From positions 71,920,001-71,984,000 of the forward strand of contig NC_135802.1 of the NCBI RefSeq assembly GCF_964213995.1: a DNA stretch of 64,000 nucleotides, written 5' to 3'. Under the pieces are notes generated by a model, which made no database searches, was not told the DNA's origin, and saw nothing but the letters and a program-made list of their open reading frames with translations. The DNA comes from Mustelus asterias (taxonomy: Eukaryota). The position numbers and the translations under genes were made by a program. This document shows positions 24,146 to 36,455 of the stretch, in pieces. Numbering within the stretch: the first letter of the stretch is position 1; each line of letters starts with the position of its first letter.

Positions 24146-26370
24146 GACTAGAATTTTACGTTGAATGAGCAGGCGTTTGCCTGACCTGAAATAGTGTGAA
24201 ATAGCTCGAGAAAGTTTTGGGCACATGCCCCCAAGTCTTCATGCTCACATGCAACATTATGGTTGGTGGGCATGTGCGCTGATAATTAACGGCCAATTAA
24301 GCCCAATAATAACCCAGTTTATCCTAATTTTACATTGCTCACATGATTTAGTGCTCTTCGCAGGGGAACACAGGCAGATGGCCAATCCATTTTTTTCTCT
24401 TTTCTCATCTACACAAGGGAACCAGAGCATTGGCTGTGTGAGTTGTTAGGAGTTCAGGTGAGAGTTTGTTGCTGCTTTAAGTGCTGAGATTTCAGACCTT
24501 TTCCTGTGGTTTCTGCTGAAGCATTTGCTTTGTTAGCCTTGTTCTGAGGATTCTTTGCTTTTGTCAACTCTCTTGGAGGATTTCTGCCAAGTGCACGATT
24601 TTCAGATGCCCAGAACAGTGCCATCTGTATTTCAGCAGATGATGATTGCGTATTCCACTGGGGGCATCACCTCTGAGGAGAAAGAGAGGGTCAGAAGGAA
24701 AATGAGGCCAGGTTTCTGCAGGCAGCATTGCAGAGAAAGACCTGTGAGAGGGGTAGTGCAGACACAGGTGGTGCAGAATCAGCAGGGAGAGTAAGGCCGT
24801 TGGCACTGCACAAGGCACCTCTATTCTGTTGCCAGAGTGTACAGGCAGTGATCTAGCTATCCCAACATGCCCAATGTCCAGTGCTGCAGGAGGCTCCATC
24901 TCTTTAGAGACACTCTGACATCAGTATGCCGGATGATTGGGCTGGAGAGCACCTCCAACTGTGGGTTGGGTGCGCACCCAATGTCACTGGTTCTGAAGGT
25001 CACAGTAGCTCTCAATGTTTTTGCATCTGGATCTTCTCAGTGGCCAATGGGAGATCATTGTGGTGTGTCCCAATCAGTTGTCTGCAGGTGTGTCACTGAC
25101 GCTCTCTTCAGATGGGTCATGATATTCATTCATTACCGGAGGGACCAAGTGAGCCAGAGGTTTCACAGTAATTCTCGGTTCCCCACATCCAGGGTGCCAT
25201 AGACTGCACCCATGTGGTCGGCAAGTTGCCAGTGGGGCAACGGGTGCCTTTGTGAATAGCAAGGGTTACCACTCCATGAACGTCCAGATAGTATACGACC
25301 ACAAGACACAGATTCTTCAAGTCTGGGCAAGGTACCCTGGCAAGCTCCCATGATGCATACATTCTTGTAACACTCCCATGTGCGAAGTAAGTGCATGGCT
25401 GGATGGTTGGTTGCTGGGTGACAAAGGATATCCCTTGAAAAGTTGACTCATGACACCATTCCAGCACCAAGAACAGAAGCAGGTGATGATTGAGAGGACC
25501 AGTGGGTTGCTGAAGATGCCTGGACCAATCAGGGTTGCACTGCAATATTTTCCAGAGCATGTGTCATTTATAGTTGTTATATGCTGCACTCTGCACAATC
25601 TGGCACTGGAAAAGGGGAGAGCCACTGGAGGATGAAGATGGCAGGGCAGCTCCACAGGCCTCAGGGGATGATTCTACTGATTGATCTGATGAGGAGCCCA
25701 GGCAGGCACAAGGTAAGGACATGGAGACAGACTTGAAGAACCTTCAGTAATGCAAGGACTCCAGGGAGGCCTTGATTCTATGCACGTTCAGTTGGGATGC
25801 CCAGGCTTGGCATCAATCTCATGGCGAGGAGCTCCCACCTTATCACATGTTCCTGAGGAGGCAATCTCGTGACCCCAATGTCACTTCGTAACCTCTATAA
25901 TAAAGTTTGCTATTCCTACCATCTATCATGAGGCAATAAGGATACCTGAAATTATTGAAAACATGAAGACACTCAGGGCACTGAAACAAAATCTATATTT
26001 ATATTTTTTCCAGAGTTGCCAAAAAGGAACATAATAATTTTGGTACTACTGTCACACACAAAAACAATACATAACACTGATGAAATCCATGAAAATCTGA
26101 CGGTGCTTTAAATTTCTGCAGACAAGTGCTGCATGCCCCCCACATACCCCATTTCTGGCAGAAGCATTAGAAACAGATTGCAGACTTCACTGTCGTGTCG
26201 GCCCTGATGACCTTGGTGGTTATCCACTATCCGACGAGGCTGGGCAGGCTCCGCTTGGGAGGATGCACCCAGCGACATGTCTGGGCACTCCTCAATCATC
26301 ACAGATTCATATGCCATGGTCACTGGCAGAGGGGAGGCATGGCCACTTTTGTGGCAGGGCTGAGTTTGGG
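24146..26370 (+). mobile_element. Decayed PIF/Harbinger DNA transposon
   Basis: TIR-like start ggactagaattttac; transposase remnant; acidic tail; AATAAA at ~25899 with an opposing TTTAT at ~25998, as expected for a convergent second gene. Right end not found. Confidence 0.75.
24790..25640 (+). pseudogene. Harbinger (HARBI1-like) DDE transposase pseudogene
   Basis: KVTVALNVFASGS.Q, GFPHIQGAIDCTHV (~25193-25216), NSKGYHSMNVQ, RYPG..HDA, LLGDKGYPL (~25414-25431), IERTSGLLK (~25489); frameshifts and stops. Confidence 0.9.
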
Positions 26371-27094
26371 TCAACTGATTTTTATACCAGAATTAAAGAT
26401 CACAGAAATTTGACTTGAATTAAAGTTCCCAATTTTGTGCACTGATTCGACTGTTTTATCCTGGATTTAGCTGCTAATCCAAGTACAAACTGATGAAAAT
26501 TCTCTCATTATGCATAGTGATGGCATTAAAAGGACAGTGTCATGATTACAAGAAGACAAAGGGATCATTCTTATTGCAAAATAGTCCAGTCACCGTTAGC
26601 CTTTTAAGATTCCAAACTTCTATTACTAACATTCAGCTCTTTGAGCTTGGACATCACATTTAATCTGTAGTTGATGTAACTCCTTAAATTTGGCTTGTTT
26701 ATATCACTTTTGAAAGCTTAAATGCTCTTCAAAGCCAGTTTATTTCCCATGGGCGAGTATTGTTGCCTGTCTACTAGCTTGCAAAGAAATCATACACAAG
26801 TTCTGAGACTCAGGACAGTTCAAATTCATGCAAGGTAGTGGATTTGTTGATGATAACAGAGCAACAGAGCAGTGTTAGGGAGCAAGGATTAAAAAAAAAC
26901 ATGATAAGCAAATTAATAATGAGAATTTAGAGCAGGCCTGGAGGCATTAATTGAAAATCAATTATTTTACAAGGTACTAACTAGATTCTAGAAGAGGGAA
27001 TAGAGATGTTTTAGATTTGTGGATGGGCAGCTGAGAACTGTTCTTTGCAATTCCTCAGCCTTGTGTGAACCTCAGGACACTTAATGAGTTTGGT

Positions 27095-27400
27095 ACACCT
27101 GAATGGCTTGCTCGGCCATTCCAAAGGGCAGGTCGGTGTCAGCCATATTGCTGTGGTTCTGGAGTCACATGTCGGCCAGTCTAGATAGGGTTGGCAGATT
27201 TCCTTCTCTAAAGGACATTAGTGAACTAGATGGGGTTTTTTAGGACATTCGATGATAAGGTCTTGACACCATTACTGAGACTAGTTTTCAATTCCAGATT
27301 TTTTTATTAATCAGTTGAATTAATTAACAATTTAAACTCCACCCCCTGGATCACTTGTTCAATGACATTACCACTAATCCACCGTCTCCCCTTGAGTCTT
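27095..27400 (-). mobile_element. tRNA-derived SINE (same family as 9809-10180)
   Basis: ctggagtcacatgtcggccag...ggcagatttccttctctaaaggacattagtgaac is the reverse complement of the family body. Confidence 0.75.
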
Positions 27401-28671
27401 GGGGGAACCATGTGTGTAAGAAGAATCTCCAGCAGTTTGAACTCAAGCTGAGATTTCCAAACTTGAAGGGCAGTTGGAGTCACTGCGGAACACCAGGAAG
27501 GATGATAGTTTCCTGATTGCATGTTCCAGAAGATAGTGCTTGTGGTTTGACTAAGAGTTTGGGATAGCAGATCAGTGACCATCTGGAAGAGTCACAAAGT
27601 TTTACAGCACAAAAAGTGGCCCTCCAGCCCATCGTGTCTGCACCAGGTATCAAGCATCTATCTATTCTAATCCCATTTTCCAGCACTTGGTATTGTAGTC
27701 TCATATGCTATGGCATTTCAAGTGCTCAAGTGTAGGGAGAGTTAGAAAATGCGGGAGTCTTCAGGGTGTGCACTACTCTCAAACTTTACTCAGCATTGGA
27801 AACCTCAGGCAATGAGGACGTCTTGAAGGTGGGTAGTCCAAACCAATGGGCAAGAGACTGCACAAAGGGGAACAGCAAAGAGTGGAAATGCAGTCCTAGG
27901 AGATTCCAAAGTTAGAGGAAAAGCATTTTTGTAATCGTCATTATGAGTTCTACATGGTGAGTCGGCTCCCATGTGGGAGAACATCATGGACAGGGTGTTG
28001 AATATTCTGCAGGGAGAAGAGAGTGAGCCAGAAGTTGTAGTACCTGTTGGTACCAATGACATAGATAGGCCTTATGGTCAGATTTTGAGGAGCTCGGGAA
28101 GAATTTAAAAAGTAGGATCTCAAAGGAGATCATCTCTGGATTCTTCCTCATGCCTTGTACTAGCAAGGGTAGAAATCGGAAGATAGGGAAGATTCACAAT
28201 ATGGTTTGAGGCATGGTGCAGGAGAGAGGTGCACCATTGGTTTCTTTGGATATTTTGGACCACCTCTAGGGCAGAAGGCACCATTGATAAGGGACATGTT
28301 GCACCTCAACAGGATGGGCACCAAGGTCCTCATGGGGAGGTTCACTGGTGTGGTTGGGGAGGATTTAAACTAACTTATCAAGGGCATGAGTACTGACTCA
28401 TAGAAATGGAGAGTGAGGAGTAAGATACATAAAGGAGTGAGTATTTTGGATAGTACTAGAGAAGGGAGTAGTACCATAATTGATAGGAGCAGACTAAGAA
28501 GGACTAGGAGGAATACTTTTATGAGGTAGGCTTTTCAAATGCATTATGTAAACATCAAAAAGCATGAATAAGGTAAGTTACAAGCACAAATACCTGTGAG
28601 GGGATATAATATAGTGGCAATAACAGAAACTTTGTTTGAAAATTGTGTGGACTGGGCACTTAATATTCAAG

Positions 28672-29526
28672 GGGAGCGATTCTCCCAAAAATGCTGAATT
28701 GTTGGGAAAACTGTTCCTAAATCTCGACTGTTCTGACAGTTCAGCTTCTCACCTGAATCTCCGCACTCTGTGCACTGCAGACATCCCAGTTGTGAATATC
28801 ATTAAAAACCCAGGGATGAGGGAGCGGCCTATTCACGCCGGAGTTTGACAGTTCTGCGCATGCGCAGTGGCCCCAAACTGTCAAACTCCCGTTTGCTGTC
28901 CAGCCCGGGACCCCCGCAGTGCTGCCCCTCCAGGCCCACCCGCACCGCCCGATCGCGGCCCCCACAACAATTCCCGGGCCAGCCCTGACCCCCCCTGTCC
29001 CGGAGTGCCCCGATGTCCAGGCCCCAACCCCCAGCCCACCCCAATCGCTGCCCTCTGTCCATCACAGACCGATCTCAATGCAGAGTGGCAGCGGAACCCC
29101 CCACGCTCACCGATCACCCCTAGCCCCCCCCCCCCACAATAGGCTCCACCCCCTTGGCACTGCCCGATGCCTGCTGGGCAGTATCAAGGTGTTCCTGGGC
29201 ATGGGCACTTTGCCCCTTGGGCAGTGCCAGGAGGCACAGGCTGGCACTGCCAGGATGCCCATGCCTAGGGAGCACTACCCCCTCCCCCTGCCCGGTCCTG
29301 ATAATGAACACATATACATATTTAAAATACATGCAGAAAAGATTCAAATTGCTTACCTGCCTTCCCGCTGGTTTCCAGCGTGGTCTGGCCGGTGACTGTT
29401 CGCCGGCTCTGGGAGATGCACATGCGTTCCCGGCGCATGCGCAAATCCCTGTTCAAGGCCGCAGACGCGCGTCTCCCACTGCGACCCGCCAGAAAAGTTG
29501 CGGGTCGCAATGGGAGAATCGCGGCC
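28672..29526. mobile_element. GC-rich non-autonomous TIR element (family M1), 3-bp TSD
   Basis: TIR gcgattctccca / tgggagaatcgc; AAG duplicated (28669-28671, 29527-29529); the host CR1 is restored on removal. Confidence 0.85.
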
Positions 29527-29557
29527 AAGGTTTCAAAGTGTTTGGGAAATATAGAGG

Positions 29558-30465
29558 GGGGCGATTCTCCAGCCCCATGTGCCCAGGCACAAATCACATT
29601 ATGGCCAGAGAATATCACGAGAAGGGCCAAACGTGATTTTCACTGAGGAAAACCCTTTTTGGGATTCTCCCCATCCCTGAGCCATGATGTAATCACTGGG
29701 GGTGAACCAGATTAGCATATTTAAATCCTGATTTTAAATATGCAGGGTGGGTTTAAATCTGGATTCACCATCTCCCAGGATTCACCGACACTCAAGCACA
29801 ACGGGTACACCACAAATGGAGGCCAGATATGATGGCCACAACAGGGGGCTTGAAGGTCTTTGAAGCTCCCCTGGCATCCTGGTAAATGACACTGCCAGAG
29901 TGCAGGGGTGGCACTGGCAAGTGGCAGCGCTTGAGGGGGCAGAGTCTGAAGGGGTTCCCTGAAGAGGTGGGGCCTTAGGTAACCCCATAACAGGCTGTCA
30001 CTCACTTATGTGGGGGCCTGATGCTGGCGATTAGGAGTGAGGGGACCTGATGCCAGCGAGGATGGATAGGGGGGTGAATCACCTTCATGCCTGCATTGTG
30101 TGTGTGTGGGGGGGTGTGCATTGGAAATTTAATAATGAGGTATGTTGCCCCATGGTCAACGGTTGGGAGTGTTCCCCATGTATGCAGGGTGTTGGATTGT
30201 CCATGGGGGGGGGGGGGGGGGGGGGGGGGGGAGACCTTCAACTCAGCTTTGAGATGAGGTGCCTTTTAAAAGGTGCCCCGATCTCTGAGGAGCTGATCTC
30301 ACTGGCATCTTTTTTCCTGCGTATCTCTTTGCCGGCGGGAATCTCCCCAAGCTCCAAAAAATGAAGTGAATTGCGATCTGGATCGCACCGACCTACCCAA
30401 CGGAATTCTCACTGCTTTTCCCTTTGGAGGTGATGCTGAGTCATTTTTTGGAGGGAATTTGGCCC
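29558..30465. mobile_element. GC-rich non-autonomous TIR element (family M2), 3-bp TSD
   Basis: gggcgattctcc ... gggaatttggccc; AGG duplicated (29555-29557, 30466-30468); poly-G at ~30205-30231; reverse-oriented homolog at 46990-47849. Confidence 0.8.
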
Positions 30466-30502
30466 AGGGAGGGCAAAGAGAGAAGTGGGATAGCACATTG
30501 AA

Positions 30503-31116
30503 CAAAAGTTTGATTCTGTCTCTTAAGATTTCTGAGCTTTTGCCTGTAAGCTTCTGGAACTAATTCATACACATTAAGCACAGCAGTCTTAACCATCCCA
30601 TATCATAATCTGCAGACTTTTCATCTGAAAGGATTGAATAAATCTCCAACATTTTCCCGACCAAAACAGTCCAATAAAATTGTCCCAGATTTTCTTGGCT
30701 ATTGTAACTTTGCAGCAATTTTCTCAAACATTCAAATGATACAAAATACATTTCAATCCCTTCCTCATTGAATTTAGGCAACAAGCAATTATTCCTTGCG
30801 AAATCGGAATCAGGCTGGAGCAGAGAATCCTGCTGGCATGAATGGCCAGAGAATTCCGGCCCCTTTTCTTTATCTCTTTCCCCTCTCTTTCAAATTCAAG
30901 CATTTCTTTTTCTTTCTCAAACTCAAAATTTTTCTTTTCTCTCTCTTTCCAATTTGAGTGACTTCATTAGTAATGCAGCCTATCCAACATCAGAGGCTTT
31001 AACTCCCAATTTTGATTTAGTGAGGAATAGACATTTGATGCCTGAATTCAATGAGGAAGGAGTTGAAATGTATTTTGTATTGGTTGAGAAAATTGCCACA
31101 AAGTTACAATGGCCAA
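30503..31116. pseudogene. Gypsy (Gmr1-like) gag fragments in inverted arrangement
   Basis: Minus: LPKFNEEGIEMYFVSFE ... KSADYD ... VKTAVLNVYELVPEAYRQKLRNL; plus: MPEFNEEGVEMYFVLVEKIATKLQWP; E/K-rich remnant on minus at ~30865-30950. Confidence 0.75.
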
Positions 31117-32111
31117 TGAGTTCTCGTTAACTCATCCGCACTTGAGTGTAATAAATCTACAGGGCAATGCTGATGAAGTGAGGGATAGGGACTAACTGAA
31201 TTACGATACAGAAAGCTGGTATGGACTTGAGGGACCGAATTACCACTTTCAATCCCATAATGTCTCAATGCCTCGGTGACTCTTATGGGGTGACTTAAAT
31301 CTGCATATAGATTGAGCTAATCAAATTAGTAACAATACCGGAGAGGAGGAATTCCTGGAGTGTGCATGGGATGTTGAACAACCAACTAGAGAACAGGCCT
31401 TCCTAGTTTGGGTATTGTGTAATGAGAAAGGAATAATTGGCAATCCAGTTGTGCGAGACTCCTTGGAGATGAGTGACCATAATATGATAGAGTTCCTCAT
31501 CAAGATAGAAGCTATGTAGTCGATTCTAAGACAAGAGTCCTGAATCTTAATAAAGGAAAGTACAATGCTATGAGGTGTGAATTAGCTTTGATGGATTGGG
31601 AAATATCACTGCATGGCAGATGCAGCATAATGTGGATAAATGTCAGGTTATCCACTTTGGTAGCAATAATAGGAAGACAGATTATTACTTGAATGGGTGA
31701 AAATTGAGAAAGGTGGATACTCAACGAGACCTTGGAGTCCTTGTGCACCAGTCGCTGAAAGTAAGTGCTCAGGTACAGCAGGCAGTAAAGATGGCAAATG
31801 GTATGTTGGCCTTCATAGTGAGAGGATTTGAATATAGGGATAGAGATGTTTTGCTGCAATTGTATAGGGTGTTGGTGAGGCCACACCTGGAGTAATGTAT
31901 GCAGTTTTGGTGTCCTTATCTATGGAAAGATGTCCTTGCAATAGAGGTAGTACAGTGAAGGTTTACCAGGCTGATTCCTGGGATGGCAGGCCTGTCATAT
32001 GAGGCGAGACTAAGTCGGTCAGAATTATATTCACTGGAGTTTAGAAGAGTGAGAGCGGATAGAAACTTATAAAATTTTAACAGGGTTAGACAGGGTAGAT
32101 TCATAAAGAAC

Positions 32112-33263
32112 GGACGGAATTCTCCCAAAAAGACTGTGTCGAATTCGCAGGAAAACTGGAGTTATTCACACTGTCTTTTTCAGTGGGAATTCAGACTAGA
32201 ATCTCCCACACTCTGCGCAATGCAGAGGTCACCAACGTGAATATCATTATATCTCAGTGGGCAGGGCCTATTCCCACCCAACAGGCTGAAACCAGCAGAC
32301 CTCTGCATATGCGCAATGGCCCTGAACTGTCAGCCTCCCTCTTTGCTGGCCAGCTTGATCACTGACCAGCCCGGGAGCCCCACAGTGCTGCCCAGCCCCC
32401 TAAACCTCCCACAGACTGATTGCACCCCCCCCGACCGTTCCCGGGCCCAGCCCCGACTTCCCTCTCCCACATCCTGGAGCACCTCGATCTCCAGCACTCC
32501 CCCCCCCCCCCCCCCCCCGCCCCACCTGCAGTGCGGACCCCCCAGGAGACCGACCCTCCCCTTCAGGCAGGCCCCCCTCCAGGCAGGCCGCCCTCCCCAC
32601 CCCGGCAGATCCCCTCCTTAGCCTGACCCTACCCTCCCCTGCGAGCCCTGATCACTGGCCTCCCTCCTCCCCGACCGATCGCAATGACAGAGTGGCAACG
32701 GGACCTCCCCACCCCCACTCCACCCCCACTGATCACCCCCTATACCCCATACCCAGGCCTTGCCCCTCCATTGGGCCCTGCCCCTTTGGCACTGTCCCAT
32801 CCCCGATAGGCAGTGCCAAGATGCCCCCTGGGCATGGGCACTTTGCCCCTTGGGCAGTGCCAGGGGGCTCAGGCTGGCACTGGCAGGATACCCATGCCTT
32901 GGTAGCACCACCCCCCAGTGCCTGATCCCCTGGGGGGCTCCGATTGTCCCCCTTCACTCCAGCAGAGTCATCCCCAAAGTTGGGACCTACTGTAAACCCT
33001 GCTAGAGTGAAATACTCAGGCGGGGTGGGAGAATTCAGGCCAGGCCTGCTAATTACATTTAAATTACATTTAAATAAAGATTTAAATAACTTACCTGTCT
33101 TCCCGCTGGTTTCCAGCGCAGATCTGATGGCGCCAGAAATCCGGCACTGGGAGATGTGTTCGCAGCGGGAACACATGTGTGAATCACACGCATGCCTGGC
33201 CGCGAGATTCCCCCACCCTGCTGCGTGAGAAAATTAGCGCAACGGGGTGAGAGAATCGTTCCC
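32112..33263. mobile_element. GC-rich non-autonomous TIR element (family M1)
   Basis: ggacggaattctccc ... gagaatcgttccc; AAC/AAT flanks; internal similarity to 28672-29526 (catgggcactttgcccctt gggcagtgccagg). Confidence 0.85.
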
Positions 33264-33355
33264 AATGTTCCCAATGGTTGGGAAGTACAGAACGCGGGGT
33301 CATAGTTTGAGGATAAGGGGTAAACCTTTGAGAACTGAGGTGAGGAGAAATTTCT

Positions 33356-34672
33356 TCACCCAGAGGGTGGTGAATCCCAATTGCCCGCATTTGGCCCATA
33401 TCCCTCTAAACCCAGCTTACCCATGTAACTATCTAAATGCTTTTTAAAAGACAAAATTGTACCCGCTTCTACTACTATCTCTGGCAGCTTGTTCCAGACA
33501 CTCACCACCATTTGTGTGAAAAAATTGCCCCTCTGGACACTTTTGTATCTCTCCCCTCTCACCTTAAACCTATGCCCTCTAGTTTTAGACTCCCCTACTT
33601 TTGGGAAAAGATATTGACTATCTAGCTGATCTGTGCCCCTCATTATTTTATAGACCTCTATAAAATCACCCCTCAGCCTCTTGCGCTTTAGAGAAAATAG
33701 TCCCAGTCTATCCAGCCTCTCCTTATAATTCAATCCATCAAGTCCCGGTAGCATCCTAGTAAATCTTTTCTGCACTCTTTCTAGTTTAATAATATCCTTT
33801 CTATAATAGGGTGACCAGAATTGCACACAGTATTCCAAGTGTGGCCTTCCCAATGTCTTGTACAATTTCAACAAAACATTCCAACTCCTGTATTCAATGT
33901 TCTGACCGATGAAACCAAGCATGCCGAATGCCTTCTTCACCACTCTGTCCACCTGTGACTCCACTTTCAAGGAGCTATGAACATGTACCCCTAGATCTCT
34001 TTGTTTTGTAACTCTCCCCAGTGCCCTACCATTAACTGAGTAAGTTCTGCCCTGGCTCAATCTACCAAAATGCATCACCTCGCATTTGTCTAAATTAAAT
34101 TCCACCTGCCATTCGTCAGCCCACTGGCCCAATTGATCAAGATCCTGTTGTAATTGGAGATAACTTTCTTCACTGTCCACTATCCCACCAATCTTAGTGT
34201 CATCTGCAAACTTACTAACCATGCCTCCTATATTCTCATCCAAATCATTTATATAAATGACAAATAACAGTGGACCCAGCACTGATTTCTGAGGCGCACC
34301 GCTGGTCACAGGCCTCCAGTTTGAAAAACAACTCTCTACAACCACCCTCTGGCTTCTGTCATCAAGCCAGTTTTTTATCCATTTAACTACCTCACCCTGG
34401 ATCCCGTGAGATTTAACCTCATGCAACAACCTACCCCGCGGTACCTTGTCAAAGGTCTTGCTAAAGTCCATGTAGGCAACATCAACTGCACTGCCCTCAT
34501 CTACCTTCTTGGTTACCCCTTCAAAAAACTCAATCAAATTTGTGAGACATGATTTTCCACTCACAAAGCCATGCTGACTGTCCCTAATCAGTCCTTGCGT
34601 CTCTAAATGCCTGTAGATCCTGTCTCTCAAAATACCTTCCAACAATTTACCCACCACAGATGTGAGGCTCAC
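33356..34672 (-). pseudogene. CR1 reverse transcriptase, 438-codon open segment
   Basis: QHGF, MDFSKTFD, GAPQKSVLGP, YINDLD, KFADDTK, EYCVQFWSP; upstream frameshifts detach it from the rest of ORF2. Confidence 0.9.
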
Positions 34673-36455
34673 AGGCCTGTAGTTCCCAGGCTTTTCCCTG
34701 CCGCCCTTTTAAACAAAGACACAACATTTGCCACCCTCCAATCTTCAGGCACCTCACCCGTGACTATCGATGATTCAAATATCTCGGCTAGGGGACCCGC
34801 AAGTTCCTTCCTAGCCTTCCACAATGTCCTGGGATACACTTCATCAGGTCCCGGCGATTTATCTATCTCGATGCGCTTTAAGACTTCCAGCACCTCCTTC
34901 TCTGTAATATGTACACTCCTCAAGACATGAGTATTTATTTTCCCAAGTTCTCTAACATCCATGCTTTTCTCAACAGTAAATACTGATGAGAAATATTCAT
35001 TTAGGATGAATGACCTTGTTGATCCTTAAGAGGCCCTCCTCTCTCCCTTGTTACTCTTTTGCCCTTTATGTATTTGTAAAAGCTCTTTGGATTTTCCTTT
35101 GCCTTATCTGCCAAAACAATCTCGTGTCCCCTTTTTGCCCTCCTGATTTCTCTCTTAACTCTACTCCTACACCCCTTATACTCTTCAAGGGATTCACTTG
35201 ATCCCAGCTGCCTATGCATGTTATGTGCCTCCTCCTTCTTCTTGACCAGGGTCTCAATATCCCGAGTCATCCAGGGTTCCCTACTTCTGCCAGCCTTGCC
35301 CTTCACTCTAAGAGGAGCGTGTTTACCCTGAACCCTGGTTAACACACTTTTGAAAGTGTGCCACTTACCAGACGTTCCTTTGCCTTCCCATAGACTCCCC
35401 AATTAACTTTTGAAAGTTCCTGCCTGATACCATCAAAATTGGCCTTGCCCCAATTTAGAATTTTAACTTTTGGGCCAGAGCTATCTTAAAACCAATAGAA
35501 TTATGGTCACTGGTCCCAAAGTGATCCCTCACTAACACTTCTGTCACCTGCCCTTCCTTATTTCCCAAGGGGAGGTCAAGTTTTGCCCTCTCTCTAGTTG
35601 GGCCATCCACATACTGAATGAGAAATTCCTCCTGAATACACTCAACAAATTTCTCTCCATCCAACCCTCTAATACAATGGCTGTCCCAGTCAATGTTGGG
35701 AAAGTTAAAATCTCCGACTATTACCACCCTATTTTTCTTGGAGCCACAGAAACGCCTGTCTGTGCCTCTAACTAGTGAGTCCCCTATTACTACTGCTCGC
35801 TTGCACTTTGCCTGACCCTGTCCCACAGCAGAACCAGCTGTGGTGTCACAGGCCTGGCTACTGCTGGCATCTCCCCCTGACAGGCTATCCCCCTCAACAG
35901 TATCCAAAACGATATACCTGTTTGAAAGGGGGATAGGCACAGGAGACTCCTGCACTATCTGCCTGCCTCTCCCAGCGGTCACCCATCTACCTGTCTGAAC
36001 CTGTGGTGTGACAACCTCCCTGTAACTCGTGTCTATCACACACTCTGCCTCCTGTATGCTCCACAGTGCATCCACCTGCCGCTCCAACCGAACAATGTGG
36101 TCTGTGAGGAGCTGCAACTGGACACACTTCCTGCAGACGAAGTTGTCAGGGAGACTAGATTGCTCCCTAATTGCCCACATCTGGCAGGAGGAGCATGCCA
36201 CTGCCCTAGCTGCCACATTGCCCCTATACAGGTAAAAGGATAAAAGAATCTCAACTCACCTGCCCCTTGCTTGTGGTCCTCCTGCCGACTTTTTCTTTGG
36301 TTAGAGGAGGAGGTAGGGAGGGAAACACTGAAGTAATGTTTGGGGGTTTAACTGTCCTTTCACAGCAGCTCCTCCACAAACCACCTTCTGGTCGCAGTGA
36401 CTGCACTTATGCAAATGTGACCTGCAACCGCCAATCACCTTCGTCGCTCATCCAG
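33378..36455 (-). mobile_element. Near full-length CR1 with an internal deletion
   Basis: Putative 5' UTR ~36220-36455; ORF1 zinc finger/esterase; APE; RT ORFs 35001-35402, 34669-34962 and 33356-34672. Confidence 0.93.
35455..36216 (-). pseudogene. In-frame CR1 ORF1::ORF2 fusion ORF (253 aa)
   Basis: CSSC..CRKC zinc finger, coiled coil, LSNRY, VIGDSLVRG (ORF1), joined at ~35742 to VIVGDFNFPNIDW...LDL...SDHN (APE C-terminus). Confidence 0.85.

Larger units (their letters stand above)
27750..30500 (+). mobile_element. Decayed CR1 5' region (ORF1 SGNH esterase + start of APE), split by two MITEs
   Basis: VLGDSKVRG, EPEVVVPVGTNDI, DMLHLNRMG (esterase); DWALNIQ|GFKVFG..R joins across the inserts at 28672-29526 and 29558-30465. 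Confidence 0.75.

Noticed and set aside
24790-25640. Domesticated HARBI1 gene
   Set aside because: Multiple stops and frameshifts and a transposon-like context.
30205-30231. Poly-G run (and poly-C at ~32499-32518) as a functional G-quadruplex
   Set aside because: Homopolymer expansions inside MITEs; lengths are error-prone and there is no evidence of function.
28741-33228. Overlapping Pro/Gly-rich ORFs
   Set aside because: By-products of GC-rich MITE interiors; no recognisable domains.
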